A stretch of DNA of 61,007 nt, filler included. It is 7 parts of 7 records of this genome, joined end to end, with 100 filler letters (N's around TTAATTAATTAA, not from the genome) between each part and the next. Parts side by side here need not be neighbours in the genome. Positions count along the whole stretch, not along the records: positions 44,192 to 61,007 come from SRR31156797_24561; 6 more parts are not named here. One strand, given 5' to 3'. Under the pieces are notes generated by a model. That model searched no databases. It saw nothing but the letters and a program-made list of their open reading frames with translations, and was not told the origin of the DNA. Positions 58,998 to 61,007 of the stretch are shown piece after piece (position 1 is the first letter of the stretch; each line of letters starts with the position of its first letter). The translations under genes were made by a program, and so were the position numbers.

Positions 58998-60485
58998 ATG
59001 ATTACCAGGAATTATGAAGTCTGGTTTGTGACAGGAAGCCAGCACTTATACGGAGCGGAGACGCTGAAGCAGGTCGACAGCGACTCTGAAAGGATCGCGT
59101 CCTATCTCAATGACCAGAGCGCCATCCCTTACCCTGTCCGCTTCAAACCGGTCGTAACCGATCCCCGGATGATCACGAAGCTGTGCCGCGAAGCCAATGC
59201 CAGCGAGGACTGCATCGGCCTGGTGCTCTGGATGCATACCTTCTCGCCAGCCAAGATGTGGATCAGGGGTCTGGGAGAACTTCAAAAGCCTTTCCTGCAT
59301 CTGCACACCCAGTTCAACCGAGACATCCCCTGGGACTCCATCGACATGGATTTTATGAACCTCAACCAGTCCGCCCACGGGGGCAGAGAGTTCGGCTTCA
59401 TGGCATCGAGGCTCGGCATAGAGCGAACAGTCGTCACAGGCCACTACAAGGATGAAGGGGTCATCGGCAGGCTGTCCGGATGGATGAGGGTAGCAGCCGC
59501 CCATGAGGATGCGAGGAATATGAAGGTAGCCCGATTCGGCGACAATATGCGCGAGGTGGCCGTGACGGAAGGGGACAAGGTCCAGGCTCAGATCCGCTTC
59601 GGCTATTCCGTCAGCGGCTACGGAATGGGCGACCTTGCGGCCATGAGAGAGAGCTATTCGGACGGGGACGTTTCGGCCCTGACCGAAGAATACGAAGAGA
59701 GCTATACCATGGACAAAGCCCTCCGCAAGGGCGGTTCGCGCCATGGGTCCGTGAGGGACGCGGCAGAGATAGAACTGGCCGTGAGGGCCTTCCTGAAGGA
59801 GGGAGGGTTCTCTGCCTTCACAACGACATTTGAGAATCTCCACGGCCTGAAGCAGCTGCCCGGACTAGCCTGCCAGCGCCTTATGGCAGACGGCTACGGA
59901 TTCGGCGCCGAAGGGGACTGGAAGACGGCGGCCCTTCTCCGCTCCATGAAGGTCATGGGAGAAGGACAGGGGGGAGGGACCTCCTTTATGGAGGATTATA
60001 CCTACCACTTCGAGCCGGGCAAAGAGCTGGTTCTGGGCTCCCATATGCTGGAAGTTTGCCCCTCAATAGCCGACGGCAAACCGTCCCTTGAGATCCATCC
60101 CCTGGGAATAGGCGACAGGGAGGATCCGGCCCGTCTCGTGTTCAACGGCAAAGCCGGCGCGGCTGTCAATGTCACGGTCGTACAGATGGGGAACCGGTTC
60201 AGAATGATCGTGAACGAAGTGGACGCTGTGAAGACGGATGCCCCCTTCCCCCGTCTTCCCGACGCCCGGGTCCTGTGGAAGCCTCGACCCGATCTGGATA
60301 CGGCGGCCCATGCCTGGATCCTGGCGGGAGGGGCGCACCATACGGTCTACAGCCAGGCGGTCACCACGGAAATGATGGAGAGTTATGCGGAGATGACGGG
60401 AACAGAGTGCGTCGTCATCGACAGGGATACGAGGATGAGGGACTTCAAGAACACCCTCCGCTGGAACGGGTCGGTCTATGGCTGA
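58998..60485 (+). CDS. araA: L-arabinose isomerase
   Basis: [52 protein letters not shown]; start at ATG 58998. Confidence 0.97.
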   Translation: MITRNYEVWFVTGSQHLYGAETLKQVDSDSERIASYLNDQSAIPYPVRFKPVVTDPRMITKLCREANASEDCIGLVLWMHTFSPAKMWIRGLGELQKPFLHLHTQFNRDIPWDSIDMDFMNLNQSAHGGREFGFMASRLGIERTVVTGHYKDEGVIGRLSGWMRVAAAHEDARNMKVARFGDNMREVAVTEGDKVQAQIRFGYSVSGYGMGDLAAMRESYSDGDVSALTEEYEESYTMDKALRKGGSRHGSVRDAAEIELAVRAFLKEGGFSAFTTTFENLHGLKQLPGLACQRLMADGYGFGAEGDWKTAALLRSMKVMGEGQGGGTSFMEDYTYHFEPGKELVLGSHMLEVCPSIADGKPSLEIHPLGIGDREDPARLVFNGKAGAAVNVTVVQMGNRFRMIVNEVDAVKTDAPFPRLPDARVLWKPRPDLDTAAHAWILAGGAHHTVYSQAVTTEMMESYAEMTGTECVVIDRDTRMRDFKNTLRWNGSVYG

Positions 60486-60486
60486 G

Positions 60487-61007
60487 ATGAGCAAGTACAG
60501 GGAGCTGAAAGAGAGGGTTCTCCGGGCGAACCTCAGATTGGTCGAAGAGGGGCTTGTGGTCCTGACCTGGGGCAATGTGAGTCAGGCCGACAGGGAAAAG
60601 GGCGTATACGCCATCAAGCCCAGCGGCGTGTCCTACGACGCCATGGAGGCGGAGGATATGGTCGTTCTTTCCCTGGATACGGGAGAGCTTGTTGAGGGGA
60701 ATCTGAATCCTTCCTCGGATACCCCGACCCACCACGTGCTCTACAAGGCCTTCTCCGGGGTGGGCGGCATCGTCCATACCCATTCGGAGAATGCGGTGTG
60801 CTGGGCCCAGGCCTGCAGGCCCATCCCCTGCATGGGGACCACCCATGCGGATACCTTTTACGGCGCCGTTCCCCTGACAAGGGAGCTTACGGAACGGGAG
60901 GTAGAAGACGCCTACGAGGAGAACAGCGGCAGGGTCATCGTGGAATACTTCCGGGAGAGGGGGCTCGATCCCCTCTTCAATCCGGGGGTCCTGCTTCCCT
61001 TTCACGG
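60487..61007 (+). CDS. araD: L-ribulose-5-phosphate 4-epimerase (3' truncated; absent from the ORF track)
   Basis: Manual translation MSKYRELKERV...LTWGNVS...IKPSGV...PSSDTPTH...HTHS...GTTHADTFYG. Confidence 0.95.
   Translation, partial: MSKYRELKERVLRANLRLVEEGLVVLTWGNVSQADREKGVYAIKPSGVSYDAMEAEDMVVLSLDTGELVEGNLNPSSDTPTHHVLYKAFSGVGGIVHTHSENAVCWAQACRPIPCMGTTHADTFYGAVPLTRELTEREVEDAYEENSGRVIVEYFRERGLDPLFNPGVLLPFH

Overview
This window is not one locus. It joins seven unrelated contigs with identical 100-nt N spacers carrying TTAATTAATTAA, so genes in different segments are not linked. Taxonomic labels are inferred from gene content and protein style. (1) 1-12569, Rhodospirillales-like alphaproteobacterium: ntrX-trkA-dat-racemase-HAD-hfq-hflX, a DmeF-like CDF exporter, an Lpp-like lipoprotein and STAS proteins. 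(2) 12670-18677, FCB/Marinimicrobia-like: coaE, PSP1/RicT, a divergent ROK protein, a GT2 and many REP-like elements. (3) 18778-26298, Bacteroidota: FadL-family barrel, glycosylasparaginase and two ClC-CBS genes. (4) 26399-32684, Phycisphaerae-like: ABC-2 exporter, two related Tyr/Asp/Cys-rich secreted peptides (one missed by the ORF track), FKBP and an HGSNAT-like protein. (5) 32785-38678, Desulfobacterota-like: tRNA-Arg(CCT) 3' part followed by a small islet (hicB pseudogene, Sel1 gene), RidA and VgrG. (6) 38779-44091, Methanosarcinaceae archaeon: a complete tRNA-Pyl (pylT, anticodon CUA) beside two hydantoinase-A paralogues. (7) 44192-61007, Spirochaetota-like: the best candidate for an undescribed system. 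A nitrogenase-like H/D/K reductase plus SAM methyltransferase is divergently transcribed from a nickel/peptide ABC importer, an RcnA/NiCoT-like protein with a globular insert, a CooC-type ATPase, a binding protein and a TM1266-type protein. Twin TTAA-N6-TTAA-like operators sit at the back-to-back promoters, and an araR/araA/araD locus follows.
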